Source of the DNA: Macrostomum lignano
Lineage: Eukaryota
NCBI GenBank assembly: GCA_002269645.1
Contig: NIVC01002026.1
Span: 147,380 to 211,379 of the forward strand
DNA: 64,000 nt
Reading direction: 5' to 3'
The first letter of the stretch is position 1, and each line of letters begins with the position of its first letter. Both the position numbers and the translations under genes were made by a program. Below, piece by piece: positions 1 to 12,148 of the stretch. A model generated the notes under the pieces. The model was given only the letters and a program-made list of their open reading frames with translations, had not been told where the DNA came from and made no database searches.

Positions 1-727
1 GCTAGGACCCATAAAGGTGCATGTGACGCTTTTGTTAGATTGGTCGCCAAGGACCAGCGACGCCTTTGCGCAGCCTCCAAACCTTGTTGTGATATGGTCC
101 GGGCCTTGCTTCGACATCACAATGCCAAGTACATCAACGATGGCCCTATTGGGAAAGTACACATTAAAGAGATCGTGCATTTAAATCCACAGAGTTTGAA
201 TTTTACATTCTGCTACACACCCGTCAGTTCGAATTTTAGCGAGTTCAGAAATGGCTTGGAGTCTGAAGGTCGCGTCGCCTTGTACATTTTCAGCCACTTT
301 GTCGACGGCGCCGCCATTGTCGATGTCGACTCTGAGTTCCTTTTTGTTGGGTGAAATATTATAGCGTTCGTCTGCTGGTCTAATTAGCGCGCCATTTACA
401 ACCACGCTGTTCTCCTCGGAGCATTTTTCCCAAGTTGCCTGCAGTTGGCGCCCAAAAAACAAGCCCTAATCTCACTGGTCTCGTCAACAAGCAGGGCAGA
501 GAACAGAGTACCGTGGCCGCCTTTAGCGGTTTTAAACTTGCGTACCTGAGGGGAATATTAGTGCAAAGCTAGCCATTTATTTACTGTATCGGCCGGGTAT
601 GCAATAATTTTATAAGACCGTCGTTTCAATGAGAGGAAAGTATAATCAAGTAACTTGCCGCACTTCGCAGCAACACTCGGGCAACAACCGATGCTGTTCC
701 ACTATGCGGCAGATCCAAAATTTTCAT
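1..727 (-). pseudogene. RPA70-like OB-fold ssDNA-binding protein, probably Helitron-encoded; partial and disrupted
   Basis: Exon 727-659 MKILDLPHSGTASVVARVLLRSA, GC-AG intron 658-546, then VRKFKTAKGGHGTLFSALLVDETSEIRACF(fs)FGRQ...GALIRPADERYN...ELRVD (RPA70 DBD-A-like: [34 protein letters not shown]). Further on, AIVDVLGIV..ITTRFG..KASLVLGDQSNKSVTCTFMG (DBD-B-like). One frameshift in a T-run near 455 and an in-frame TAA at 181-183. Confidence 0.8.
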
Positions 728-3700
728 TGTTTGTTAGTATTAATGAAAGAAACGTGTAATCAAAGTAGTATTAGGAATGAGACTTTTAAATTCTGTAGAC
801 AGTCACCGGTTTGACTATCGAGAAAAGTTTCGAGCATTAAACAGGTGCATTCATAGACAAAAGATAATTTTTTTTCGAGTTTTAGTCTGCTCTATTAACA
901 ATCGTAAGCTGCGCATGCTGTAGCTATGCTGTAGCTGTAGCTAAGCTATGATTTTACTGAAACTACGTCGGTTTTATGCCACCCAGAGGGGGGGGGCTAT
1001 TAGGCTAGATGTAAATACATCCTTCCAAATATACTAATAAATCTCTAATGTCTGTTTGTCTGTCTGTCAGTCTGTAACGCTCTACAGATTGGTAGCTTTG
1101 ATCAATTTTGATAGCGTTTTCACAAAAATATTTCTCTTTTAACAAGCATAATAAAAGGGTAATTTAAAACAGTAACAATCAAGGCAATTACAATGTTGAG
1201 CAGCCTAATCATCAGAAAGCACCTCTGGGTACACAATGTTCCTCGTTCGATTGCCTGATATCCGAACACGAACATTAGCAGCATCTTTTGCTCGAGACAG
1301 CGCAGTGTACAGTTGGCCGTGGGCGAAGCAGCCGTCAGTCAGTTTGATGCCAACGGTCACCAGCGACTGGCCTTGCGACTTATGAATCGTCAGACAGAAG
1401 CTGGGCCTCACAGGAAACTGCAACCGCTTAAAGGCAATGGGTAGGTCTACATTGTTCGGCTCCAGCAGGATGCGAAGCAGCAGCACCTCATCGCCTGCGA
1501 AGTGGCCAGCTGCTACTTTGCAGCGAAGTACACTGTCACCAAGTGCCAGAACAATCAATCTCGTGCCATTGCATAGCCGAGGTGGGTTGAGGTTCCGCAG
1601 TAATACCACCGGCATGCCCACCTTGAACTTAAGCAGGTGCTTTGGCAGGTTTGGCGCCTCTAGCCGGTTCAGCAGCTCCGGTGGGAAGTGTGTGGCGGAG
1701 TCTTCATCGGACACGCTGTCCACAGACCGGTACTCCCGCAGGCTGCCAGGGAACAAGGCTAGGCACTCGTCGTTGATGGCGTCTACGGCCTCATTGTAAG
1801 GCGCCAGGATGGCTCGACTGGCAAAATAGCCGTCTCTGTCTGCAGATGCGCTGAACGATAGGTAGACAAACTGAATCAATAAGTCCTTCAGCGAGGCATT
1901 GGATGACATCAGGATCTCCGGAGGAAGCGAAATGTTCCCATCCGAGTCTTCCTGGATAGAGCCGGAACCGATCTGCATGGAGAAAATCGAAAGAATCGAG
2001 CCTTCATAGTATGTCCTGAATTAAACAGCAAGTTTAACTGTTTATTTTTTATTTAGTAACAATGTCGTAAAAAATCATTTTTTACACGCAGTTTCAAAGC
2101 AACTACCTGCATAAGCAGCTGTGAGTAGCGCTGACACAGCGAAGTATCGGAGCCGCTTAGCAGCCGCAGGTTTCGAGTCAGGCGGTGCCGTCGGAATGAT
2201 CTCCACAGGCTGGACCTGCTGACGGACGCCTGGACGCTGTTAGCCCTGGTTCCTTTCTGCACCACCGGTAACAACTGCCGGAAGTCTCCGCCGCACACCA
2301 GCACGACTCCACCAAATGGCGAATCCTGTTCAGGATGTCCCGCAGAGTCCGGTCCACGGCCTCCAAGTCCTTGCGGTCAGCCATGGAGATCTCATCCCAC
2401 ACAATGAGTCTCGTGTTTCTGAATAGGTCAGCCTGCCTGGACTGCGCGCCAACACGACAGACATCCTTGTCTGGGCGCACGAGGCGAACCGGGATCTTAA
2501 ACCTATATATAAGGTTGATTTTATAAAACTATGCCAAGCTTGGAAACATGCAGTATAGTATAAAAAGACTCGAACTCACGTGGAATGTGCCGTCTGTCCA
2601 CCAGGCAGCAGCGTGGCCGCGATGCCAGACGAAGCGACCGCAAGGGCAACATTGCCGAGGCTGCGCACAAAGGCCAGCAGCACCTCCAGTAGATATGTTT
2701 TCCCCGTGCCTGCCGGGGCATCCACGAAGTGCAGGCCACCGGATCCGGCGATCAGGTCGGCCGTGATGCACTTGAACACAGCTCGCTGCTCCTCCGTCAG
2801 CTGCGAAATCCGCATGTCGGCGATCTCAGCCTGCTGTGCCGGGTCAAACTGCTGCGGGCCGAACTGAGGTACTGCAGACGCGGCAGGCAGCCCATCCTCC
2901 GGTAGGCTGCGTCCGCCCATGGAGATCACCATGCTCTGCAGTTCGCGCAGCGCCATGTCGGTCACCTCTTCAGCACTAAGCTCTGGGTGGCGGTAGGGCA
3001 GATCCTCACACAGATCGTCAGCGAAGATGCGCCACAGGTCCTTGCCATCTTGCGGCTCGCCCCAGATGAGAATGACCGCCAGCAAGTGCCTGACAGCTCG
3101 GGGCATCCGAGACTGCACGGCTTCGGCCAAACACCGGCGCCAGTGGTCATCCCGCTGCAGCAGGTCACGCGTGATGCACGCAACTCGGAAATTGAGGTAC
3201 AGCACACCGTCCACAGTGCGCAGCGCCTCGTAGCTCGTTGGCCCCTTCACGTGCAGCAGGAGCAGCCGCATGAAAAACAGCTCTTCGGCCCGCGGCGACA
3301 CGGTATACATTCGCGAAATGTTGGAGTTCTGCTTTATGCCCGGGTGTCCTTCGACTGCAGTGCCTCGCTTGGCGCACTGCCACTCCCTGGGACTCTTGTG
3401 CCAGATAAAATAGGAGGGCACATCGGTGTACAGCAGGCCGCGGGCAAACTCATCAGTGCGGCAGAGCTTAAAAAAGGCTGTCAGTGTCGAGTCTCTCGGA
3501 GCAGTGGCTCTCGCACCGGCAGTCTGCTCGTTGAAATACACAAGCTGCTCGTTCCGCTGGTGCACGCACAGGCGAATGACAGGCGGGAATCTGTTGTGCA
3601 TCTAAAAATAAGTAGGATTTATTATGAAAGTTGGATGCACATTTTTTATTCATCCAACAATATCAATTGTGCATCAATTCATACTGCTGAATAGTCAGCT

Positions 3701-5785
3701 GAGAAATGCTTCGATGAAATCGAGTAATACGTTTTGAATTAATATCCGCTCCCGTAAATTAAAAAAAAGACAATCCAATCACCTCAAAGCCGAGGATCGT
3801 GTTCACAGCCTCCATTGGTCCAATATAGCGAGCTGACAGGTACTCAGAAATCTCATCCCGCACCTTAGGGTCTGGAGCATTCTGGTCCCGCTCAGCCGAT
3901 TGCTCTCCATTGTCACTGGCCAGCGGCTGACCTGACTGGGGCGAATCCTTGGCTTGAGTCACTTTGAAAGTCGCCATGTCGCCACTCTTCATCAGGTACT
4001 TAATGACGTACTTGACAGATTTAACAGTGGCACAAATCTCAACATTCAGGTGGCTGCCGAATTCCAGAAGAAGTGTTGGATTGTACGGAACAACAAACCT
4101 GACAGCGAAGAAATATAAGCAAAAACTTTTATCAACCTAGAAGCTAAAATTAGTTGTCTACTATTGTATTTGTAATATGGTCCAGCTTAATTGCTCAAGG
4201 ATCCACACAGAGTAATATTGATTGAATAACAGATTATATGAAGAAATATAAACTTTATTTTTTATTAAAGCCAATAAGTAGCGGATAAGATTCTGTTGTC
4301 ATTCACCACACGAACGATCGTAAAAATTAGTAAATTCCCAGTCTACTCATTACTATAGCCTAGCACACGTCGGCACATGGCTATCTAAATACTCGTAGTC
4401 TCAGAGCCAATAGCAAAATTATATTTTAGCTATCAAAAACGCAGAACCAACATGAATATTGGATTCTGTTTGTCATGCGTGCCAAACTCGAGGAATAATA
4501 CCTATGGAACATCCTGTTCCTTATTGGTTCTTGCAATAAAGCGTCCTTAGCTTTGTAAAGGCCAAACCAAATATGAGCTATGAATATTTAACGAACATCA
4601 GTGCGTGATACAAAAAGTTAAAACGAAAGTAAAAAGTAAAATACACAATGCCATTCAAATTCACCGATTGTCCATGCGAATGGTGCCACCTCTGAACGGT
4701 TTGTCCACGTAGAATCCCCCCATTTCTGGGGACCGCCTCTGGTAGAGAGGGTAGCCAGAGTCACTGACCAGAGTGGCCGGCTGGTACTCCTTCGGTAAGT
4801 TTTTGCTGCACTGGTTGTTCTCCATGCAGGGGCACCTCGGGTTGTCTCTGCCGCAGGGCCCATGCACCATTTGCATTTTTACAAGCTCATGCAGCACCGG
4901 TTCAGCCTTTGGGTCCGGGATTGCCGCAGACACGATTTCGTCGTACCGGTCTGGAGTCACGCGGTGCCCGCTAGCCAACCACAAAAGTAGATGCACGTGA
5001 GGAAGTCCTGTCAAGAGTGGGAGAGTTTAGCATTAAATCCGGATCAAAAGTTGCTGAAAAATGTATATACGTTGGTAAATTGTGTTTAGAGCTTGATGCA
5101 CTCATTAATTCTGATAATGGCGAGAAGTCAACGATAATAAAATGCACACACACAGTAATCACAGAGGACCTACCGCGCTTTTGGTATTCTAACGCACAGA
5201 CATGCGCGACCACCTTCCCAAACTGCTTCTTGAGCCGAGCCAGCAGGGCTTTTTTTCATCTCAAAGACCCGAGTGACAATGTCTGGTCTGTCCGCAGCTA
5301 TCTGCCCGGGCTGCAGCTCCGCACTGATTTCCAGCCACTTCGGGTTGCAGGTGGCCGTGATGAACAGGTTCGGCTTGCCAAACCTGTGCACGTAGGCCAT
5401 GGCGTCCTGCAGCCTCTACATCATGTACCGCGGGCCTCCGACGAAACTGGAGGACAAGAAAACCGGCCTTCCCACATGGTTTGGGTCGGCATCCTCCCTC
5501 CGCTGTCCATCCGCAGCATATAGTGCGTCACGCAGACCACTGTATGTCTCGCTGCGAAGGTCCTCCTGGTGCAGCCGAAGATAGGAGAGTCGCTCGGCTT
5601 CGATCTTCGCCGCCTGGTCCACCAGGTACAGCTGGAAGAGGCGCCGGCCGTGGTGAAACACATTAGACTGACCAGGCCGCACCATGATCTGGCTAGCGTA
5701 GAACTTGCGCGGTGTCAACCTGCCATCGTTGGCCATCTTCCGCTCGGGGTACCAGCCGTCCTCCCCGAATGGCAAGAAAAGTACG

Positions 5786-5981
5786 TGTTGGGTGTGGCCA
5801 TAGACGACTCAGTCGCACACACACCCAGCCATAAGCTAAAGAAGCGATGCTACAAGCTTGAGAATGAAAAAAAGGAAAAGTTACGATAACATGAAATAAG
5901 ACGCTCTGCTAAGAGTGCAACTTTTAAGTTGACCTTGTTGATCTTGACTCACTGTCTTCCGCTAGAGAAGAAGTCATAACA
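5786..5981 (+). repeat. 5' LTR
   Basis: Direct repeat of 10008-10203 with one substitution (gctAcaag vs gctTcaag). Confidence 0.97.
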
Positions 5982-6030
5982 GTGGCGTCGCAAGCAATCG
6001 TAACCTGACGGTCAGACGTTCAAGCTCATA

Positions 6031-9000
6031 ATGAGCAAGGATCCGACGAAGTCTGCAGTAGATCCGACTAAGGCACCGGCCAAGTCTGCTGGGATCTCTC
6101 CGAGCCGTAATGGAGGAAGTTCTCAAAACCGGTCACAGTCCCAAGCAACTGAAAGGGATGCTCAAGCCCAGAACGCCACTCAGAGCAGTCGCCAAACCTC
6201 GGGAATGTCTGAGATTGAAAGGTTGGAGGAGTCAACCATTTTGGATCGTTGGCTCGACCGTTTTGAGATCGGAGCCACCCTGTTTAACTGGGACGCATCT
6301 GCACGAGCTCATGTCCTGCTGATGCGAATGTCACCTGCTCTCTACAATAAGCTAGCGGACTATGTGTCTCCAAAGAAGCCTGGCAAGATGTCGTTTGAGG
6401 AACTAACAGGAGCACTACAAGAACTGTTAATACCCACGACATATGTGTTGGCCGAAAGATTTACATTTCAAAAAATTGGCCGTGAACCCAATGAGCCGGT
6501 AAGAGCTTTTGCAGAAAGACTAGTAAAAGCATCTGAGAAATGTGAGTTTGAAAACAGAGATGTGAGAATGCGTGACCAATTCATATGCGGTCTTGGCAGT
6601 CAAGCCATAGTTGGAAAGCTGATCATCAAGGATCATAAAACACTCACATTCAAAGAGGCGGTAGCAGAAGCAGAAGCCCATTCAAGTTTGCTGGAAACGC
6701 AGATAATGAAGACAGCTCCGAAATCAGATTCTGGAACAGTTCTAAAAGTCTCAACGCGGAAACCAGGGTCCAGGTCGAAGGATTTCAAAACTCCGGCAGT
6801 GGCGGATCGGCTGTGCAGGAAGTGTGGCGGCAATCATGAAAGGTTTAAATGCCCAGCGTATGGCAAGACCTGCCACCGGTGTGGCAAGGCTAATCATTTT
6901 GCCAAAGCCTGCAGAGGCTCAGACTTCTCACATAGGAAGACCGGGGGCACGTGTAAATCAACCGTAAAGCATGTTCAAGAAAATTCCGAAGTATTCGTCG
7001 CTGAAGTGCAAAGTTGCTGCCCAGATCGGGATCACCGAAAGCCTATCTCCATCACAGTGTCCGTACTGGAAGGGCAAAAGAGATACGCGCTGACATGCGA
7101 GCTGGATACCGGAGCAGGTGTCTCCATAATGTCAGAATCCCTCTGGAAACAGTTAGGTCGACCAGCTCTGAAGAACTCAAACACGCAGCTTGGAGGCTAT
7201 GTAAGTGATCACAAGTTCACGGTATTAGGCCGATACGAAGCTGTAGTAGAACTGAATGGAAAATATCAGCGCATTGACTTTGAGGTAGTGAAAGGCAGCA
7301 AGAGCTATGCCTTGCTGGGGCGAGATGTTCTCTGTGTTCAGCTGGACACAGGACATAATGGGGAAGTCTCCATGGATATGGCATCTCCGGCAGCAAGTGC
7401 AGCTACAATGAAAGCTCATTTGGAACTTAAAGATGGAGCAGTACCCAAGTATGTAAAAGCAAGACCGTTACCATTTGCTCAGCGTGAAGCAGTAAAAAAG
7501 GAATTGGATCGCTTACTTGATGAGGGTATAATCGAAGCTGTGAAATTCTCGGAATGGGCGTCTCCAGTCGTGGTAGTCGGCAAGCCCAACGGCAGTATCA
7601 GGCTATGTGTGGACTATAAGAGTACGCTTAATCCGCAGCTGGTCCCGGATAGCTACCCGACACCGACCCTGGAGGAAGCGTTCTCGACAGTAGCGGGATG
7701 CTTTCGGTACAGTATCATCGATCTAGAGAAAGCGTACAACCAAGTAAAGCTGTACGATGCATCTAAACCGCTAACCGTGATGTCGACACCGTTTGGAAAT
7801 TTTAAGTACAATAAACTTGTGTTTGGAATAAAAACAGCTCCGAGTATTTTCCAACGGTATATATCGCAAGTGATCCAAGGCATTCCCGGAACAATCGCGT
7901 ATATGGACGATATATTAATTGGTGGAAGCGATGAGTCAGAGTTGAAAGGACGCGAAGAAGAAGTACTTCACCGTCTAGCATCGGAAGGGCTTAAGGTAAA
8001 TGATCAGAAATGTCAACGGAATTTGTCTCGAGTCCGGTTTTTGGGTCATATTCTGGACAGCGGTCGCATTTATCCTGATGGAGAGAAAGTGCGGGCGATT
8101 AAAGAAATGGAAGCTCCGAAGAATCTTTCCGAGTTAGAATCCTTCCTCAGACTGATTACGTTCTGCTCGCGATTCATTCCAAACCTTTCTGGAATATCGG
8201 CACCGTTGGTACATCTAAAGCGCAAAGGTGTGGAGTTTCGTTGGGGCGCAAAAGAACAATGTGCGTTCAGAAACCTTCAGAAATCACTTTCAGAAGACGC
8301 TGCTTTGCATGCGTACGACCCAAAGCTACCGGTTGAGCTCGAAGTAGACGCTTCGCAAATTGCCCTTGGTGGAGTCCTGGGTCAGCAAGGACGTCCTGTC
8401 TTGTACATCAGCAAACTTTTGTCATCATCGGAGCGAAATTATTCGCAAATAGAGCGAGAAGCGCTTGCGATAATATGGGGTGTTAGAAGATGCCATCGTT
8501 TTCTCTGTGGCAGAAAATTTAAGCTAATAACCGACCATCGCCCTCTCGTTTACATCTTAGCCTGTGACAAAGAGCTACCATCGAGTGTCCGCAAGGCTGC
8601 AGAGATGGGCAATATTTCTCACGGCGTACGATTACGAGATCGAGTATCGTAAATCTAAAGCTATGGCATCTGACGCGCTCTCAAGATTGGTTCCGCAAGG
8701 AAGAAGCGGTGAAACTCTAGAGATTGGTAACATTCACGCGGTTTCAACTACACTGTCTCTGGAAGATATAAGGTTAGCAACGAAGAGGTGTAACGAAATG
8801 CGCTTGCTGACGAGCGCTATAAAGACGGGAAGCTTCAAACACCCTAGGCTGCGACCTTTCAAGAATGTTCGAGAAGAACTTTGCGTTCAGGACGATGTTA
8901 TTCTTCGAGACCACAGGATTGTTGTTCCAAAAACCTTACACATGAAAGCAATTGCGGCGGTACACGAAGTTCATTTAGGAATGTCCCGCACCAAGTCCTT

Positions 9001-9949
9001 GGCTCGTGCGAAGTTTTGGTGGCCAGCCATGGACAGCGATATCGAACGGACAGTCGGTTTGTGCCAGATCTGTAGGACTGCAAAACCGCAAAATAGGAAT
9101 TTTCGCTCCAGTTGGCCTGAGGCTGCGGGTCCTTGGGATCGAGTTCATATCGACTTTTCAGGACCGGTCGACAACCACTACATGCTCGTTCTGGTAGATT
9201 CGTACAGCGGGTATCCTGAAGTCCACGTCACCAAAGATATGACGTCTCGAACGGTTATTCAGTGTCTCAGGAGGACATTTTCTCAGCTTGGAATTCCAAG
9301 GACACTTGTGTCAGATAACGGACCATGCTTTATCAGCAAGGACTTTACGGAGTGGTTGACAGGAATTGACTGTGAGCACCTAACTATCGCAGCTTATCAC
9401 CCACAAAGTAATGGGGTTGCAGAGCGTTTTGTTCGCACGCTAAAAGAAAGCATCAAGGCAAATGGCTTCAGTCAAAAGTCTGTGGACCGCTTCTTGCTAT
9501 TTTATCGCGCATCAGACAACAAAGCGGGATCTTCACCAGCGGAACAGCTGCTGGGGCACAAGCTCAGGGTTCCGTTTACCAAGAGGCAAGTCGGACTGGA
9601 GGATCCAGTTATCTACAAAAATTAGAGAGACAAGCCAATCGCTGCAAAACTGCTTTTACCTATCGGAAGGAGCATGGCCATGATCAAGACAGATGAACCG
9701 AACTCGAAGTATCGCAAGGTTCACTTGGATCAGCTACATCCGTACAGTCTAACCGGCGAGGAGCCCGCAGAAACCGACAGAATGCCACCCGGAGCTGGCG
9801 AGCACGCGGCAGGGAGGAAACAAGAAGAGGAGCCTCCACAACAAGAGGGGTTGCGTACACCTCCAAACCCTGCGGTTCCCGAGGATACTATTGAACCCAG
9901 GAGAAGCATGCGACTTTCGGAGAAACCCAAAGTTAACTATAAGTGCTAA
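6031..9949 (+). pseudogene. gag-pol polyprotein (two CCHC knuckles, protease, RT, RNase H, integrase), disrupted
   Basis: CRKCGGNH..C and CHRCGKANHFAKAC knuckles; protease LDTGA; RT YMDD; RNase H VDAS; integrase H..H/CQIC, IDFSGP, SDNGP, HPQSNGVAERFVRTLK; C-terminal RRSMRL. Frameshift near 8580 and in-frame TAG at 9623-9625. Confidence 0.95.
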
Positions 9950-10007
9950 AATTTGTTCCTCCCGCATTAACTTTAAAAATTGTTCTTTGCCATTGTAAGG
10001 GGGGAGA

Positions 10008-10203
10008 TGTTGGGTGTGGCCATAGACGACTCAGTCGCACACACACCCAGCCATAAGCTAAAGAAGCGATGCTTCAAGCTTGAGAATGAAAAAAAGGAAA
10101 AGTTACGATAACATGAAATAAGACGCTCTGCTAAGAGTGCAACTTTTAAGTTGACCTTGTTGATCTTGACTCACTGTCTTCCGCTAGAGAAGAAGTCATA
10201 ACA
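10008..10203 (+). repeat. 3' LTR
   Basis: Direct repeat of 5786-5981, preceded by the PPT. Confidence 0.97.
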
Positions 10204-11686
10204 GTACGTACTCCAGAGCATCGTATGCCGGATATGTCACCGAGACTGACACTTTGCGTCGAGCTGTTCCGTCATTGCGGAGCTTAATCACCACTTCTCG
10301 CCCTGTAGCGGCGACTTTAGAGGCATCGTCGACAATCAGGATGCCCACCTCGTCAGCTTTAGGCCGATTGTAGCTCCTAAAATAACAAGAAAAAATCAAT
10401 TTATATGCAACACCACTGGTGTACAAAACGATTCAGCGCACAATGCTGAAAACTGCCGAGGCTCACCAAACGTGCTCGCCTCTCGGACGGCGGTCAGGGA
10501 AAATCATGATCCGAGCATCGGCCATCTGTGAGTCGTCCTTTATCCTCTGCGCTGCAGCTTTCAGGCTCCTGAAGTATTCATTACAGCCGTGTAGCAGGGT
10601 CTGCAGCTGCTCTAGCAGCTCGCGCTCAACATTCGTGCTCAGACTCAGGCGGCTCTTCAGCTCGTTGTCGGTAAAGTATACCTGCCAGCCCTGAGGCACT
10701 GCGGCGTTATGGGCGTACAGGGGCGCAATGTTTTGGTACAACTGACCGCTGAGGATGAAACTGGGCACGTAGCTTCCCCGCAACGGCCGTACATTAGCCT
10801 TCAGCGACGTCAGGTGCAGGACGGCATTGTAGCTGCGAATGTTCTTTAGAAATGTGGCGCTGTGAGGGTGGCGCCCTGCAAACAGGTCATACAGAAGCGG
10901 CAGAAGGGACCTGGCGGGTGGCGGCTTCACTTTTCCATGGGCACAGCAGATTCCTGATTACTCTCCACCCCACCGAAGGGCGCTGCAGTGGTTTCAGGGA
11001 ATGCTCATGCGGCCCATCCGGTGGCCCTGCCAGTCTGGCGGAACTGAGGTGTCAGCCCTGTGAGTGAATGCAGGTATAAAATAAACTGATTTTAGCTTTA
11101 TCCTAAAACACTGTAAGATACCCTTTATTTTAAGCCTACGAGCTTTTATTTAACAGAATAAAGTAGAAAAAACGAAGCATACAAACTCACTGATTCCCCT
11201 CATCCGCTTCATCAGATAGGTCAGATGCCTGGTTGCCTTCCCGTAGCTCAGGGCCGTCCTTCAATATGGTTGCAAGTGCCGCCGCTGGGTCAACAGAGCT
11301 GCCATGACTGTGTAAATTTAAATGAATTGTTAAATGGCAGCTTTTGTGTAGGAATACTAAAGTTCCGTGAAGAATGGACTATACAAAGATATTTTGTATA
11401 TGATGTCATAATCGTTATCGTAAAGGTATTTTATTGATTTATTAAGTAGGCATGGATTCCGCATGAAATGCAGCTCACCAAACGCCATCAGCAGAAAGAT
11501 CAGGCTCTACAGATGCTGTACAGCAGGTTGGCTGCGCATTGTGCTGGGACACGCTGCCAAGGGTGCGAGATTGATAAATTATGCACGGCTTAAGACATAA
11601 GGCTTAAAAGACAACGCAAGTAAACTGAAATTTGAAAGCACAGAGCACAGAGACTTCCCAATTAAATGAAATAAAGACAAACTTAC

Positions 11687-12148
11687 CTAGGAGACCCAAA
11701 ATTCACCACATCGTAGTGCCTGAGGTGGCGGTTGTACAGCAGCCGCACTGTGGCGACAGGAGGCTGAGTAGCTGCGGAGGCCGACTGCACCAACTGCAGC
11801 TGAGTTCTGTCGTTATCGTCAAACTGGTAGATAGCATAGTCGACATCAAGCAGCTGGTTCAGCAAGGCTGCAACTGAATCATGGACCTCAACTCCATCCC
11901 GCTGTGTATCATGAAGAACTCCTTCGACTGAAAGTTCGTCAGCCTCTAGCAGCTCTCGTTGTGCTTCAAGTAAAGGGCGAAACCGCTCACTAATAAGCTG
12001 TCGTAGCTGATAGGGAGTCACATGGCTGTAAACTGGACTTCCAGTCAAATGGTGCTGTACAGCATAAAACCAGCAGTTGCCATCACCGGACATCGAGATG
12101 ACTTGAGAGGCACTGATGGGCACAGTTCTAGGCGTAGATGACACGAGA
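11687..12148 (-). other. OTU-like cysteine protease domain (exon 2 of the Helitron RepHel gene)
   Basis: GDGNCWFYAV matches the OTU catalytic Cys box (GDGNCLFRA) and RHYD matches the catalytic His box. The splice phases join this exon in frame to the Rep exons. Confidence 0.8.

Larger units (their letters stand above)
5786..10203 (+). mobile_element. Ty3/Gypsy LTR retrotransposon, Mag-like, full length, nested in the Helitron
   Basis: 196-bp LTRs with TGTT...AACA ends at 5786-5981 and 10008-10203. 5-bp TSD GTACG at 5781-5785 and 10204-10208. PBS-like TGGCGTCGC at 5983. Polypurine tract AAGGGGGGAGA directly before the 3' LTR. Domain order gag-PR-RT-RH-IN. Confidence 0.97.

Noticed and set aside
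40-354. 104-aa plus-strand ORF, and the other antisense ORFs over the Helitron, SAMD1-like, epsin, GT32 and LINE regions
   Set aside because: Shadow ORFs on the opposite strand of GC-rich real coding sequence, with no recognisable motifs.
569-605. Helitron 3' terminus (CTAG at 569-572 with CCGGCCG upstream on the minus strand)
   Set aside because: The hairpin is weak and the site lies inside the RPA-like gene's intron.
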